From: an uncultured bacterium
GTDB lineage: Bacteria > Fermentibacterota > Fermentibacteria > Fermentibacterales > JCC-6
Direction of reading: 5' to 3'
Length of the DNA: 38,493 bases
Assembly (NCBI GenBank): GCA_964624675.1
Contig: CAZUYF010000002.1
Location: 1-38,493 of the forward strand
Shown piece by piece: positions 18,932-28,718 of the stretch. The position numbers and the translations under genes are program-made. The notes under the pieces were generated by a model that was not told the origin of the DNA, made no database searches, and saw nothing but the letters and a program-made list of their open reading frames with translations. Each line of letters opens with the position of its first letter. Positions within the stretch are counted from its first letter, which is position 1.

Positions 18932-19158
18932 AAACGTCACCCGACACCTTTTCTTGCCGTGTAAAACTACATATTAGTGAATGTTCAAAACTATCTCCTG
19001 TGGATAAGTCAACTTTCACTATAATGTTATCAACATTTCTTCCACAGGAACAATTCGCTTGTATCTTTTCCGCATGTGACATGTCCACATATCCACATGT
19101 ATAATAACTATCATTATTGTTCTAAAATTACTGTATTCATAAAGCTGGAGGATATCCC
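18932..19158. other. candidate oriC (dnaA-dnaN intergenic DnaA-box cluster plus AT-rich unwinding region)
   Basis: DnaA boxes: TGTGGATAA perfect (18999-19007), TTATCAACA (19027-19035, 1 mismatch), TCTTCCACA (19038-19046, 2 mismatches), ATGTCCACA (19081-19089, 2 mismatches), ATATCCACA (19089-19097, 1 mismatch). These are followed by the AT-rich run 19098-19145. Gene orientation diverges around this locus. Confidence 0.7.
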
Positions 19159-20280
19159 ATGATTAAACTTCTTGTTAACCATTCTGACTTACTCAAAGGT
19201 CTTAATTGTGTTGCAACCGCCCTCCCTACAAGAAGCAGTCTTCCTTATCTCACAAACGTTCTTCTTGAAACAGAAGGAGAAACTCTTCGGTTATCCGCAA
19301 CAGATCTCGACACAACAGTTATTACAACGATCCCGGCATCTATAACAACTTCAGGTTCAATAACCCTTCCTGGCAAGAAACTGCATGAAATAGTACGGGA
19401 ATTGTCAGAAGAGGAAGTCCGTTTAAGCGGTACTGGAAACAGAATAACTATAAGTTGTGGAAAAGGTTCTTTCACATTGAGCGGTAACTCCAGTGAGCAG
19501 TTTCCTTCTCTTCCGTCAAAAAGCGGTGTTGATCCTGCATCAGTTCCTGTTGATGTTTTTTCCGATGCAATAAGAAAAACGTCTTATGCTGTAGCAAGAG
19601 ATGATTATAGAGCAACTCTGAATGGAGCACTTCTTGATATCGATGAGAAAGGGTTTGAAATGGTTGCGACAGACGGCCACAGACTCAGCTGTATCACTCT
19701 TGGAAGCATATCTACACCTGTTAATATCCATGCTCTGGTTACACAGAAAGCGCTTAACCTTTTTGCCAAGTTATCTTCAGATGGTGATGTTCTTATAAGG
19801 TTCAAAGGTTCACAGATATCTTTTGAGTTTGGTAACACAATTATTTTCAGTAGAACTATCGACGGGGAATATCCTCCGTACAAGAAAGTTATTCCGCAGG
19901 ATAACGACTGTATTTTATCTACAGACAGAGAAGCTCTGATATCGGTTCTGCGAAGGGTTAAGACAATGGCAAATCCAACAACTCATCAGATCAAGTTCTC
20001 ACTTGAGAAGGACAAGGTTCTTGTTCATTCTGAAAGTGCTGACGCTGGAGATGCTCAGGAAGATATTGATGCTGGATATACAGGAAGCCCATTCCAGATA
20101 GGTTTCAATGGTAATTTTCTAATGGAAATTCTTCGTAACATGAGCTGCTCCAGAATTTCAATGATGATGAAAGACAGTAATACAGCGGTGGTTATTAAGG
20201 ACGAGGAGGAAACAGATGAATCCGATTCTTACCTCGCCCTCATCATGCCCGTTAAACTGTCAAAGGCAATAGAAGAGTAG
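19159..20280 (+). CDS. dnaN: DNA polymerase III beta sliding clamp
   Basis: 373-aa ORF with beta-clamp three-domain length and motifs ('ATDGHRLS', 'PDY'-like 'GEYPPYKKVIP'). SD GGAGG upstream. Conserved position after dnaA. Confidence 0.93.
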   Translation: MIKLLVNHSDLLKGLNCVATALPTRSSLPYLTNVLLETEGETLRLSATDLDTTVITTIPASITTSGSITLPGKKLHEIVRELSEEEVRLSGTGNRITISCGKGSFTLSGNSSEQFPSLPSKSGVDPASVPVDVFSDAIRKTSYAVARDDYRATLNGALLDIDEKGFEMVATDGHRLSCITLGSISTPVNIHALVTQKALNLFAKLSSDGDVLIRFKGSQISFEFGNTIIFSRTIDGEYPPYKKVIPQDNDCILSTDREALISVLRRVKTMANPTTHQIKFSLEKDKVLVHSESADAGDAQEDIDAGYTGSPFQIGFNGNFLMEILRNMSCSRISMMMKDSNTAVVIKDEEETDESDSYLALIMPVKLSKAIEE

Positions 20281-20294
20281 TACTCGGGATAGCA

Positions 20295-20570
20295 GTGAAG
20301 AAAATTGACAGCCTGATATCTGATGTTCTATGCAATTTCAGGCCGGATGTGTACCAGAAAAGAAACAGTGCTGTTATGATGTGGAAAGACATCGTGGGAG
20401 AAGAACTTGCAGCTTTCGTAAGACCGGTGGGAGTAGAAGAATCCGTACTCCTGCTCAGAATAATTCACCCGGCAGCATCAATGGAGATTGTACTGAGAAA
20501 GAGGGAAATACTGCTCAAGCTGAATTCAGTATGGGATGAGGAACTCTTTACTGATTTGAAAACAGTATAG
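20295..20570 (+). CDS. DUF721-domain protein (DciA-family candidate)
   Basis: 91-aa ORF with the DUF721-like pattern 'W..IVGEELA....P......LL..I.....S.EI......IL.KLN'. It occupies the recF/DUF721 slot between dnaN and gyrB. GTG start, no obvious SD. Confidence 0.55.
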   Translation: MKKIDSLISDVLCNFRPDVYQKRNSAVMMWKDIVGEELAAFVRPVGVEESVLLLRIIHPAASMEIVLRKREILLKLNSVWDEELFTDLKTV

Positions 20571-20595
20571 AGGAGAAAGGTGGAAGGTAAATAGT

Positions 20596-22521
20596 TTGAC
20601 CGAGAATAATACAAACTATGACGCGAACTCGATCAAAGTTCTCAAGGGGCTTGAACATGTCAGAAAAAGACCGAGTATGTATATCGGTTCAACATCACAG
20701 ACGGGCCTTCACCACCTGGTCTGGGAGGTTGTGGATAACAGTATTGACGAGGCTCAGTCAGGTTACTGTTCTTCAATAGAGGTGATTCTGCACGACGACC
20801 GTTCAATATCCGTCATCGATAACGGACGCGGAATTCCAATTGAGATGCACGAGAGCGGCAAAACAGCACTTGAAGTAGTTATGACAACCCTTCATGCCGG
20901 AGGTAAATTCGATAATACCGCGTACAAAACATCAGGAGGACTTCATGGTGTTGGAGTGAGCGTGGTTAACGCTTTGTCTGTGTGGCTGACCGTTGAGGTT
21001 TACAAAGGCGGTAATATCCATCGACAGAGTTTCCTGCGCGGCGTGCCGGAAGGACCCCAGGAAATCACAGGTAAAACGGATCTCACGGGAACAAAAATCA
21101 GATTCAAGCCTGATTACGAAGAGATTTTCGAAACGGATATTCTGAATTTTGAAACCCTGTCAGGCAGGCTTAGGGAACTCGCATATCTCAATAACGGGTT
21201 GAAGCTTAACATTACCGATAATAGAAAAGAAAACGCGGAAAGGCAGGAAGAGTTCTGCTTCGAAGGAGGCCTGAGCTCATTTGTATCTTATATTAACGAA
21301 GCTAATACCACACTTCATGACCCCGTGAGAATATGCGGAGAGTTCGAACTTGATGAAGACGGACTTATAATTATCGATGTAGCACTGCAATACAATAAAG
21401 CCTTCCAGGAAGATATTTTCTCTTTTGTGAATAACATCAATACAATTGATGGCGGTACACATCTGTCGGGAATGAAATCGGCTCTCACCAGAACACTGAA
21501 CGAATATGCTTCTTCCAACAGCCTCTTCAACAGTAAGGATGATACTTTCTCAGGAAGTGATGTGAGAGAAGGCCTGGCAGCTGTTATAAGCGTTAAAATT
21601 TCCGACCCTCAGTTCGAGGGACAGACAAAAACAAGGCTTGGAAACAGAAACGTTCAGGGGGCTGTTCTTTCCCATGTCAGCAAGGGAATATCAACTTTCC
21701 TTGAGGAGAACCCCTCAATCGCCAGAAACATCATTCACAAGTGCCTTCTTAACCATAGCTCCCGACAGGCCGCAAAAAAAGCAAGGGAACTTACCAGAAG
21801 AAAGTCGGCACTTGAAACCGCTGCCCTTCCGGGAAAACTTGCGGATTGCTCCGTAAACAGCCCGGAGGAAGCAGAGCTTTTCATAGTAGAGGGTAACTCA
21901 GCAGGAGGATCAGCAAAACAGGGCCGCAACAGGCACTTCCAGGCCATACTTCCGTTGCGGGGGAAGATCATCAATGTAGAGAAAGCACACCTTGCGAGAG
22001 TTTTGAAGAACAACGAAATCAGGACTATCATCACGGCCGCGGGAACGGGTATCGAAGAGGATTTCAATCTTGCCAACCTCAGGTACCATAAAATCATTAT
22101 CATGACAGACGCAGACGTTGACGGATCCCACATAAGAACTCTACTGCTTACATTCTTTTACAGGCATATGATCGAGCTTATAGAAAATGGATATATCTAC
22201 ATTGCCCAGCCGCCGCTGTACCTTCTAAGGAAAGGGAGCGCTAAAAAGTATGCATACAATGAAGCAGAGAGAATAAAAATTGCGGAGGAGTTCGATAATT
22301 CCGGCATTACGACGCAGAGGTACAAAGGGCTGGGTGAAATGAACCCGGACCAGTTGTGGGCGACAACAATGGACCCTGAAAGAAGGGTCATGCTGAAGAT
22401 AAGACTTGAGAATGTAATGGAGGCAAGCCATATTTTTTCCGTTCTTATGGGAGATGATGTTGAGCCAAGGCGCGAATTCATTCAGCAGCATGCCGCTGAC
22501 GTAATGAATCTCGATGTATAG
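20596..22521 (+). CDS. gyrB: DNA gyrase subunit B
   Basis: GHKL ATPase motifs 'LEHVRKRPSMYIG', 'EVVDNSIDE', 'GGLHGVG'. Toprim motifs 'ELFIVEGNSAGGSA' and 'IMTDADVDGSHI'. TTG start after AGGAG...GGTGGAAGG. Confidence 0.96.
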   Translation: MTENNTNYDANSIKVLKGLEHVRKRPSMYIGSTSQTGLHHLVWEVVDNSIDEAQSGYCSSIEVILHDDRSISVIDNGRGIPIEMHESGKTALEVVMTTLHAGGKFDNTAYKTSGGLHGVGVSVVNALSVWLTVEVYKGGNIHRQSFLRGVPEGPQEITGKTDLTGTKIRFKPDYEEIFETDILNFETLSGRLRELAYLNNGLKLNITDNRKENAERQEEFCFEGGLSSFVSYINEANTTLHDPVRICGEFELDEDGLIIIDVALQYNKAFQEDIFSFVNNINTIDGGTHLSGMKSALTRTLNEYASSNSLFNSKDDTFSGSDVREGLAAVISVKISDPQFEGQTKTRLGNRNVQGAVLSHVSKGISTFLEENPSIARNIIHKCLLNHSSRQAAKKARELTRRKSALETAALPGKLADCSVNSPEEAELFIVEGNSAGGSAKQGRNRHFQAILPLRGKIINVEKAHLARVLKNNEIRTIITAAGTGIEEDFNLANLRYHKIIIMTDADVDGSHIRTLLLTFFYRHMIELIENGYIYIAQPPLYLLRKGSAKKYAYNEAERIKIAEEFDNSGITTQRYKGLGEMNPDQLWATTMDPERRVMLKIRLENVMEASHIFSVLMGDDVEPRREFIQQHAADVMNLDV

Positions 22522-22581
22522 TGTCCCGTCAAGCGGCAGTACGAAGGAATAACCTGTGAATAAAATAGAAAGAACCTCAGT

Positions 22582-25068
22582 ATGACCGAAAAGCTTGAAG
22601 AAGACCAGTTGAGCAGCAGTCATATCGTTCAATCGGATATCATTGATATTGAAGAGGAAATGAAACGCTCCTACATGGACTATTCCATGAGCGTAATAGT
22701 TTCAAGAGCATTGCCGGATGTAAGAGATGGCCTGAAACCGGTACACAGAAGAATTCTGTATTCGATGTACGAACAGAAATTAACCTACAAACGAGCATAC
22801 AGGAAATCTGCCACAGTTGTCGGAAATGTTCTGGGTAAATATCATCCACACGGAGATTCCGCAGTTTACGATGCAATGGTTAGAATGGCACAGGATTTTT
22901 CACTCCTGCACCCCCTTGTAGATGGACAGGGTAACTTCGGATCAATAGATGGTGATCCTGCCGCCGCATACAGATACACCGAAGCAAGGATGTCCAGAAT
23001 AGGCGGGGAAATGCTTCGTGATATCGATAAGGATACCGTAGATATGGTTCCCAATTTCGATGATCGCCTGAAAGAACCGTCAATACTTCCCTCAGGAATA
23101 CCAAACCTTCTTATTAACGGTTCGTCCGGTATAGCAGTTGGAATGGCTACAAACATACCGCCTCATAATCTTCGAGAGATAGTCACCGCATGCCACAGAA
23201 TAATTGAGAACCCTGATCTTACCGAAGAAGAGCTTTTCAGCATAGTAAAGGGACCGGATTTCCCAACAGGCGGCATCATCATGGGGTTGAGGGGTATCAA
23301 GGACTGCTACAGGACAGGAAAGGGATCTATCCGGGTCCGTGGCAGGATCAATATTGAAGAAGCCCCAAGGGGCAGGGAAGCCATAATAATCACAGAGATA
23401 CCCTATCAGGTGAACAAGACTAGACTCATAGAGAATATCGCTGAACTTGTTAAGCAGAAAAAAATCGTATCAATAGCAGACCTCCGCGATGAATCCGACA
23501 GAGATGGTATGAGGATAGTAATAATTCTGAAGAATGATGCGCTTTCGGAAGTTGTTCTCAACCAGCTTTACAAACATACCACGCTGTCAAAAACGTTCGG
23601 AGCAAACTGCCTTGCGCTCTGCAAAGGAAGACCCCTCAGGTTAACGCTGCGAGATTTCCTGGACCATTACATCGAGCACAGGCACGATGTTGTCAGAAGA
23701 CGGATTAAGTTCGATCTGGAGAAGGCCGAAGCGAGAACTCATATTGTGGAAGGCCTGCTGAAGGCACAGGATTCAATCGAGGAAGTCATCAGGGTCATAC
23801 GGGAATCCGGTAACACCGATGAAGCCAAATCCGCGCTTGTGGATGGATTCGGGTTCACCGAGATCCAGGCCCAGGCGATACTTGATATGCGCCTGCGAAG
23901 ACTCACCGGCCTTGAGCGGGACGAGCTGGTGAAAGAGCACGGTGAGCTTAAGATCCTTCTTGCAGAACTCAGAGAACTCGCGGCAAGCAGACTGATGAGG
24001 ATGAAAGTCGTTGCCGATGAACTATCGGCAGTTGCCGAAGAGTACGGTAGCTCCCGAAAAACGGAAATTTTACCTTACGCCCCGGGGGAAATAGACATTG
24101 AGGACCTGATTCCGGACGATGAGATGGTAATCACCGTTTCACGTGAGGGTTACATTAAAAGGCTCTCATCGGATACGTACAAAATTCAGCACAGGGGCGG
24201 CAAAGGTATCACCGGAGCAAAGACACGTGAAGAGGACGCCCTGGAACAGATATTTGTTTCTTCAAATCACAGTTATATCCTGTTTTTCACCAACCAGGGA
24301 AGATGCTACTGGCTCAAAGTATACAGGATACCTGAAGCGGGACGCATCAGTAAAGGAAAAGCGATAGTAAACCTTCTGGACCTTGAACCGGAGGAAAGAC
24401 CGGTTGCGAACGTCTGCGTGAAGGAGTTCGATGAAGACAGATTCATACTGATGGCAACCAGCAACGGCCTGGTGAAGAAAACACCTCTTTCCAGTTACAG
24501 TCACCCGAGAAGAAATGGAATATGGGCCATAAAGCTTGATACCAACACCGAACTGGTCTCCGCTTCTCTTACAGACGGCACGAGCAGGATTCTCCTTGCT
24601 CTTGCCGGAGGCAAAGCCAATAGATTTCCCGAGAATGAAGTCCGCCCCACGGGCAGGCACACCAGGGGAGTCAGAGGCATCAGGGTGGACCCGAGCGACA
24701 GATTGGTCGGCATGGTGGCCATGGAGAAACCTGGAAGCCTGCTTACAGTGACTGAGGGTGGATATGGGAAGCGGACACCTTCTGAAGACTACAGGCTTAC
24801 GCACAGGGGAAGTGCCGGTGTGATAAATATTCGCAACATAGACAGGAATGGACCGGTCATTTCAATAATGCCGGTTGCAGAAGAGGACGAGTTAATCCTT
24901 ATCTCCGCACTTGGAATGATCATAAGGCTTCCAGTCGAACAGATAAGGGAGATGGGCCGGAGTACGATGGGAGTCAGGCTGATGAACCTGCCCGATGAAG
25001 ACAGGGTAGTGGATGCGGCAACAGTACATCCAGGTCATGATAACATGGACCAGGGAGAATCGGAATAG
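22582..25068 (+). CDS. gyrA: DNA gyrase subunit A
   Basis: '[12 protein letters not shown]', the QRDR-region '[17 protein letters not shown]', the catalytic-Tyr region '[11 protein letters not shown]', and C-terminal beta-pinwheel repeats. 828 aa. Confidence 0.96.
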   Translation: MTEKLEEDQLSSSHIVQSDIIDIEEEMKRSYMDYSMSVIVSRALPDVRDGLKPVHRRILYSMYEQKLTYKRAYRKSATVVGNVLGKYHPHGDSAVYDAMVRMAQDFSLLHPLVDGQGNFGSIDGDPAAAYRYTEARMSRIGGEMLRDIDKDTVDMVPNFDDRLKEPSILPSGIPNLLINGSSGIAVGMATNIPPHNLREIVTACHRIIENPDLTEEELFSIVKGPDFPTGGIIMGLRGIKDCYRTGKGSIRVRGRINIEEAPRGREAIIITEIPYQVNKTRLIENIAELVKQKKIVSIADLRDESDRDGMRIVIILKNDALSEVVLNQLYKHTTLSKTFGANCLALCKGRPLRLTLRDFLDHYIEHRHDVVRRRIKFDLEKAEARTHIVEGLLKAQDSIEEVIRVIRESGNTDEAKSALVDGFGFTEIQAQAILDMRLRRLTGLERDELVKEHGELKILLAELRELAASRLMRMKVVADELSAVAEEYGSSRKTEILPYAPGEIDIEDLIPDDEMVITVSREGYIKRLSSDTYKIQHRGGKGITGAKTREEDALEQIFVSSNHSYILFFTNQGRCYWLKVYRIPEAGRISKGKAIVNLLDLEPEERPVANVCVKEFDEDRFILMATSNGLVKKTPLSSYSHPRRNGIWAIKLDTNTELVSASLTDGTSRILLALAGGKANRFPENEVRPTGRHTRGVRGIRVDPSDRLVGMVAMEKPGSLLTVTEGGYGKRTPSEDYRLTHRGSAGVINIRNIDRNGPVISIMPVAEEDELILISALGMIIRLPVEQIREMGRSTMGVRLMNLPDEDRVVDAATVHPGHDNMDQGESE

Positions 25069-25331
25069 ACGTTCAGGAAATAGTAAGGATCATCGAAGCC
25101 TGGAGTCAGGAGAATCAGCTCCGCTCTGAGAACCCTCCCGAGGTAGGAAAAGGGTTCAGCCTTCCGGAAAAGAGCCTTAACACATCAATCATTTCCCCTG
25201 AAACAAGGGACAGGGTTCTGTCAATCCCGCTTTTTTCCGGGGAGTGGATAGCCGCTGGAAACGCGCTGGCGTTCCTTCTTGCATCAATAAAAGACAGAGA
25301 TGTAGAGAAACTTCTCAAAAATCTGTCAAAC

Positions 25332-28300
25332 ATGAGTGAACCTCCACCGATCATGGAAGATGCAGCGATCAAGTGGTTTACAGCTCTGACTAATCTCCCG
25401 TCCGAGGCCGCAGTAGTAGCAGTTCAGGAATTTTTTCATCTCAGCTGGGTTTGGAATCAGATAGGTCCAAGCACCGGTCTTGTGTTCAACGATCTTATCT
25501 CATTGTTATACAAGGTTTTTCATGTTCTTGCGGAAAACCCCGAAGATCTTTACCTTGCTGGCATATTGATTCAGAAAGGCATAAGATGGCCTGAGCGATT
25601 CGGTTTCATGCTTGATCGGACGCGGATAGGCGGGGGAAATATCGTGCGGGCTCTTCAACGCGCAACCGATGTAATGATTGATTCCCCCCCTGCCGTGCAC
25701 GAAACTCTTATTGATTTCGCGGTTGAAACCGGCTGGTATCTTCTTTCAAATGAAGACCTCCCTGTATGGAGGTCGGTTGGAAGGAACGGGGAATCTCTAT
25801 TCAGAAAAATGCGAGGATTTTCTATCCAGATGGAAGCCATCCGCACTCTTTCAGGCTTTCTCGGAAAGCTGGAAGAATCGAAAGAGCTGAACACACTGCT
25901 TGAAGATACGATGAAGTCGGTAATCACTGATATAGCGGGCAAACTTCCGGAACCGGAGATGAACGAAGTTCTCCGAAGCATTTCCGAGCAGGCTGAAGAA
26001 GCGCTGAAAAGAAGAGCCGAGAGAAATATTACTTTTGATATCATAGACCTGCCTGTCACCGACAGCGGAGCATCAGCTGAATACGGAAGAGCCATCGCTG
26101 AAATAATCCTGTTCACAGGAGCTGGCAGAGCCTACTATAACTGCTTCCGGGAAGCATATTCCATAGCAATTGAGATGGATGATAATAATCTGCTGATCAT
26201 GATATCCAGACTCGCACGCGAAAGAGGTGGATTCGATTACCTGGAGAATAACAAAACCGAATATTACATTGATTTCATCCCCATAATACTGCAGTTTCTT
26301 AAAGGGAAGACAGACGCTGTAGAGATCAGATGGATCATTGATTCGGTTGGGCGTCTTATGGACTCGATTCTTGGACAGGAAGATCCAGGAGTGACAATAG
26401 AAGTCATGAAAGATTACCTTGAGCAGGTTGAGATCAGCAACGATAAATTTCTGCCGACACTGGTACTGCTGCTCCGATCAACGAGGAACGTCAAATTTCA
26501 CGACCTTTTATCAAAAAGTGAGGTATTCGCAGGAATCCTTGATCTGTTGAACGCCACCAGCAGGAAAAGACTGCTGGAAGGTGAACAGACAGAATGGCTC
26601 ACTCCGCTGGCGGAAGAGCCTATAGATTCAGCGCAGCTTATTATGCGTACTCTTGGAAATATAAATAGCATTGATCTCCGTGGAAGATTCATGGAAAAGG
26701 TAATTGCTCCTCTGTTGCAGGGAACGGATACTGAAGATCCCATTTTCGCTGAGCTTATCTCAACTGCTGTTTCCAGCTATAACAGGGAGATGAGCATAGA
26801 TCAGCTTCGGAAAGAGGAAACATCCATCCTTGGGAAGCTATTCCGCGCAGAGGACAGGAGCAAAGCCCTCAAGACAACAATGGAAAACCTCCTGAGGATT
26901 CCAGGCATAGAGGAAAAGAAAGCCAATGATCTCATCTACTCCTCAAGAACACTCTGCGAGATCCTTTCTCAGCAGGCGGTCTGGATAGAGAAAACCGGAC
27001 ACAGGATCTTCAGTAAATTCCTTTCCAACGGCCTTCGGTCGTTCGTAAAAACTCTTGTGGAACACCCTGATATAGCCGAAAGAATAACCGGAAGTTTCAT
27101 GATAAATTTGATCAATACCATAATTCCCTCAAAGGAGACAGAGGACAGTGACGTGGCTCTATGGCAGCTGAAGACGGCTGTATTGTTCTTTGGGAAGACC
27201 ATACCGCTGACGACAGAGCTTATTGCTGAATCACCGGATACTCTTATCCCTTACTTCAACGAGATATCAGAACTCTCCGTGTCTTCCAAGCGTGGTGAGC
27301 CTGCGGGAGCTGAATTCCTGTCATGGATGTCACACAGACTTGAATCGGAACTTATAAATGAATTCGCCAGAAAGCTTAGTGATGATACTCCTTTCGTTGA
27401 ATTCAAAGAGAAATTCAATGCCAGAGAGCTTATCAATAGATGGCGGAGCATAAGAGACGCATCCTCTGAAATAATGAAGGAGATGCTGGGATCACTTCAG
27501 ATGCTTTCCAGCAATCCCCTTTACCGCCAGATACTTCTCCGAGAGGGGCGCAAACTAATAGAGGGTTTCATAGAGAACGGATGCAGCGATGTAATTTCCG
27601 GCTATTCAGGACAGACCTCCCGCGTTGAAATAGAGAAACTCAGAAAAATAGCAGAGGGAAATGATATAGTTGATATTTTCAGAGTTATGGAAAACGAAAG
27701 AGAAGAAGGAGGGTATGATGAGATCCCTGAGGAAGTGAAGAACTTCTTCCTTGAGCAGCCATGCCCACCCGGTGAGAATGTCTGCAGGTATTGGCGAAAG
27801 AAGGTGTTTTCAACACTTGAAAACGTTCTTCTGGACATAATACTGCTCTGTGATGACAAAAAAAGCCTGGAAATTATCGAACGAATGATAGATGATTTCG
27901 TGAAGATAATAGGATATCTAGGAACCGATGATGACTTTAAACCCAATATAATACTTACTGCCCTTGAGAAATCACTTTCAGGGTCCGAAGGCGGCAGGAA
28001 AATGACTGTTGATGCCGCCGAGAAGAATCTTGATAAGAATGTATATAAGCTGATGTGGCTCAGGAAAGCCACCAGGAAAGCTGCGGAATCTGTTGCCGGC
28101 TATATCCCCGGCAGAAAGATTTCCATCAGACTGTTCGATAGGATTTCAAGGGAAAAATCTGCCCAGCAGCAGATACTTTTCATGAAGAATTTTGGAAGAA
28201 TCTTCGCTTCCCTCGAAAGTGAGATCATGAGGAAGAAAGTATCCGAAATCAAATCGGTCAGGTCCGTTCTGGACCATATCTGGATATTCAATCCCGATAC

Positions 28301-28718
28301 GGCAAAACCTAGTTCTGCAGTTGAGACCGCAAGGGATGCTGTTGAAACCGTAACTCAGTTCTTCCTCGAAATCGGAACCAGGACAGGAGCGGTCAGTGCG
28401 CCTGAGGCCGGGGCAATAAGCCTCGGTATGCGCCGCAAGTATAGAGATAACGCGAACACCGTTGCTATCCTGATAAAATGGACACAGGATTCATCACGAT
28501 CCGATCTGCTCTCTCTTGTTGAGGCGCACCAGCCACTGCTTGAAGCTGTCAGCAGGGACAGTGAGCTAATTAATATGATAGACAACCTGTGGAACATCGG
28601 CAAGGCAAGGCTCTATATAAGATCCCTTGCCGACAGACCTGACAAACTGAAGAAGCGGCTGGTCCGTTTCACCGGGGAAGATGCGGCTGGAACCAATGAC
28701 GGCATACAATACATCTAA
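25332..28718 (+). CDS. large (1128 aa or more) predicted all-alpha-helical cytoplasmic protein of unknown function
   Basis: Uninterrupted 3.4-kb ORF with protein-like composition. No TM segment, signal peptide, P-loop or Cys/His cluster was seen by eye. There is no SD before ATG 25332, and the frame stays open 96 codons upstream (see findings). The 3' end overlaps the ansA start. Confidence 0.75.
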   Translation: MSEPPPIMEDAAIKWFTALTNLPSEAAVVAVQEFFHLSWVWNQIGPSTGLVFNDLISLLYKVFHVLAENPEDLYLAGILIQKGIRWPERFGFMLDRTRIGGGNIVRALQRATDVMIDSPPAVHETLIDFAVETGWYLLSNEDLPVWRSVGRNGESLFRKMRGFSIQMEAIRTLSGFLGKLEESKELNTLLEDTMKSVITDIAGKLPEPEMNEVLRSISEQAEEALKRRAERNITFDIIDLPVTDSGASAEYGRAIAEIILFTGAGRAYYNCFREAYSIAIEMDDNNLLIMISRLARERGGFDYLENNKTEYYIDFIPIILQFLKGKTDAVEIRWIIDSVGRLMDSILGQEDPGVTIEVMKDYLEQVEISNDKFLPTLVLLLRSTRNVKFHDLLSKSEVFAGILDLLNATSRKRLLEGEQTEWLTPLAEEPIDSAQLIMRTLGNINSIDLRGRFMEKVIAPLLQGTDTEDPIFAELISTAVSSYNREMSIDQLRKEETSILGKLFRAEDRSKALKTTMENLLRIPGIEEKKANDLIYSSRTLCEILSQQAVWIEKTGHRIFSKFLSNGLRSFVKTLVEHPDIAERITGSFMINLINTIIPSKETEDSDVALWQLKTAVLFFGKTIPLTTELIAESPDTLIPYFNEISELSVSSKRGEPAGAEFLSWMSHRLESELINEFARKLSDDTPFVEFKEKFNARELINRWRSIRDASSEIMKEMLGSLQMLSSNPLYRQILLREGRKLIEGFIENGCSDVISGYSGQTSRVEIEKLRKIAEGNDIVDIFRVMENEREEGGYDEIPEEVKNFFLEQPCPPGENVCRYWRKKVFSTLENVLLDIILLCDDKKSLEIIERMIDDFVKIIGYLGTDDDFKPNIILTALEKSLSGSEGGRKMTVDAAEKNLDKNVYKLMWLRKATRKAAESVAGYIPGRKISIRLFDRISREKSAQQQILFMKNFGRIFASLESEIMRKKVSEIKSVRSVLDHIWIFNPDTAKPSSAVETARDAVETVTQFFLEIGTRTGAVSAPEAGAISLGMRRKYRDNANTVAILIKWTQDSSRSDLLSLVEAHQPLLEAVSRDSELINMIDNLWNIGKARLYIRSLADRPDKLKKRLVRFTGEDAAGTNDGIQYI

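Noticed and set aside
20730-20738. Perfect DnaA box TGTGGATAA inside gyrB
   Set aside because: It encodes the universally conserved GHKL motif V-D-N (GTG GAT AAC), so it is most simply explained by protein-coding constraint. A regulatory role cannot be excluded but is unsupported.
22840-22890. gyrA QRDR inspected for resistance substitutions
   Set aside because: It reads [12 protein letters not shown], with Ser and Asp at the E. coli 83/87-equivalent positions. This is the wild-type pattern, so there is nothing notable.
24135-24150. parS-like CGTTTCACGTGAGGGT inside gyrA
   Set aside because: Only the left half-site and centre match (11/16). The right half is not palindromic, so it is probably a chance half-site.
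25115-25372. 85-aa minus-strand ORF between gyrA and the 1128-aa gene
   Set aside because: Its S/R/L-rich, low-complexity translation is typical of the antisense shadow of a coding frame. The plus-strand frame over the same bases reads as plausible protein continuous with the downstream ORF.
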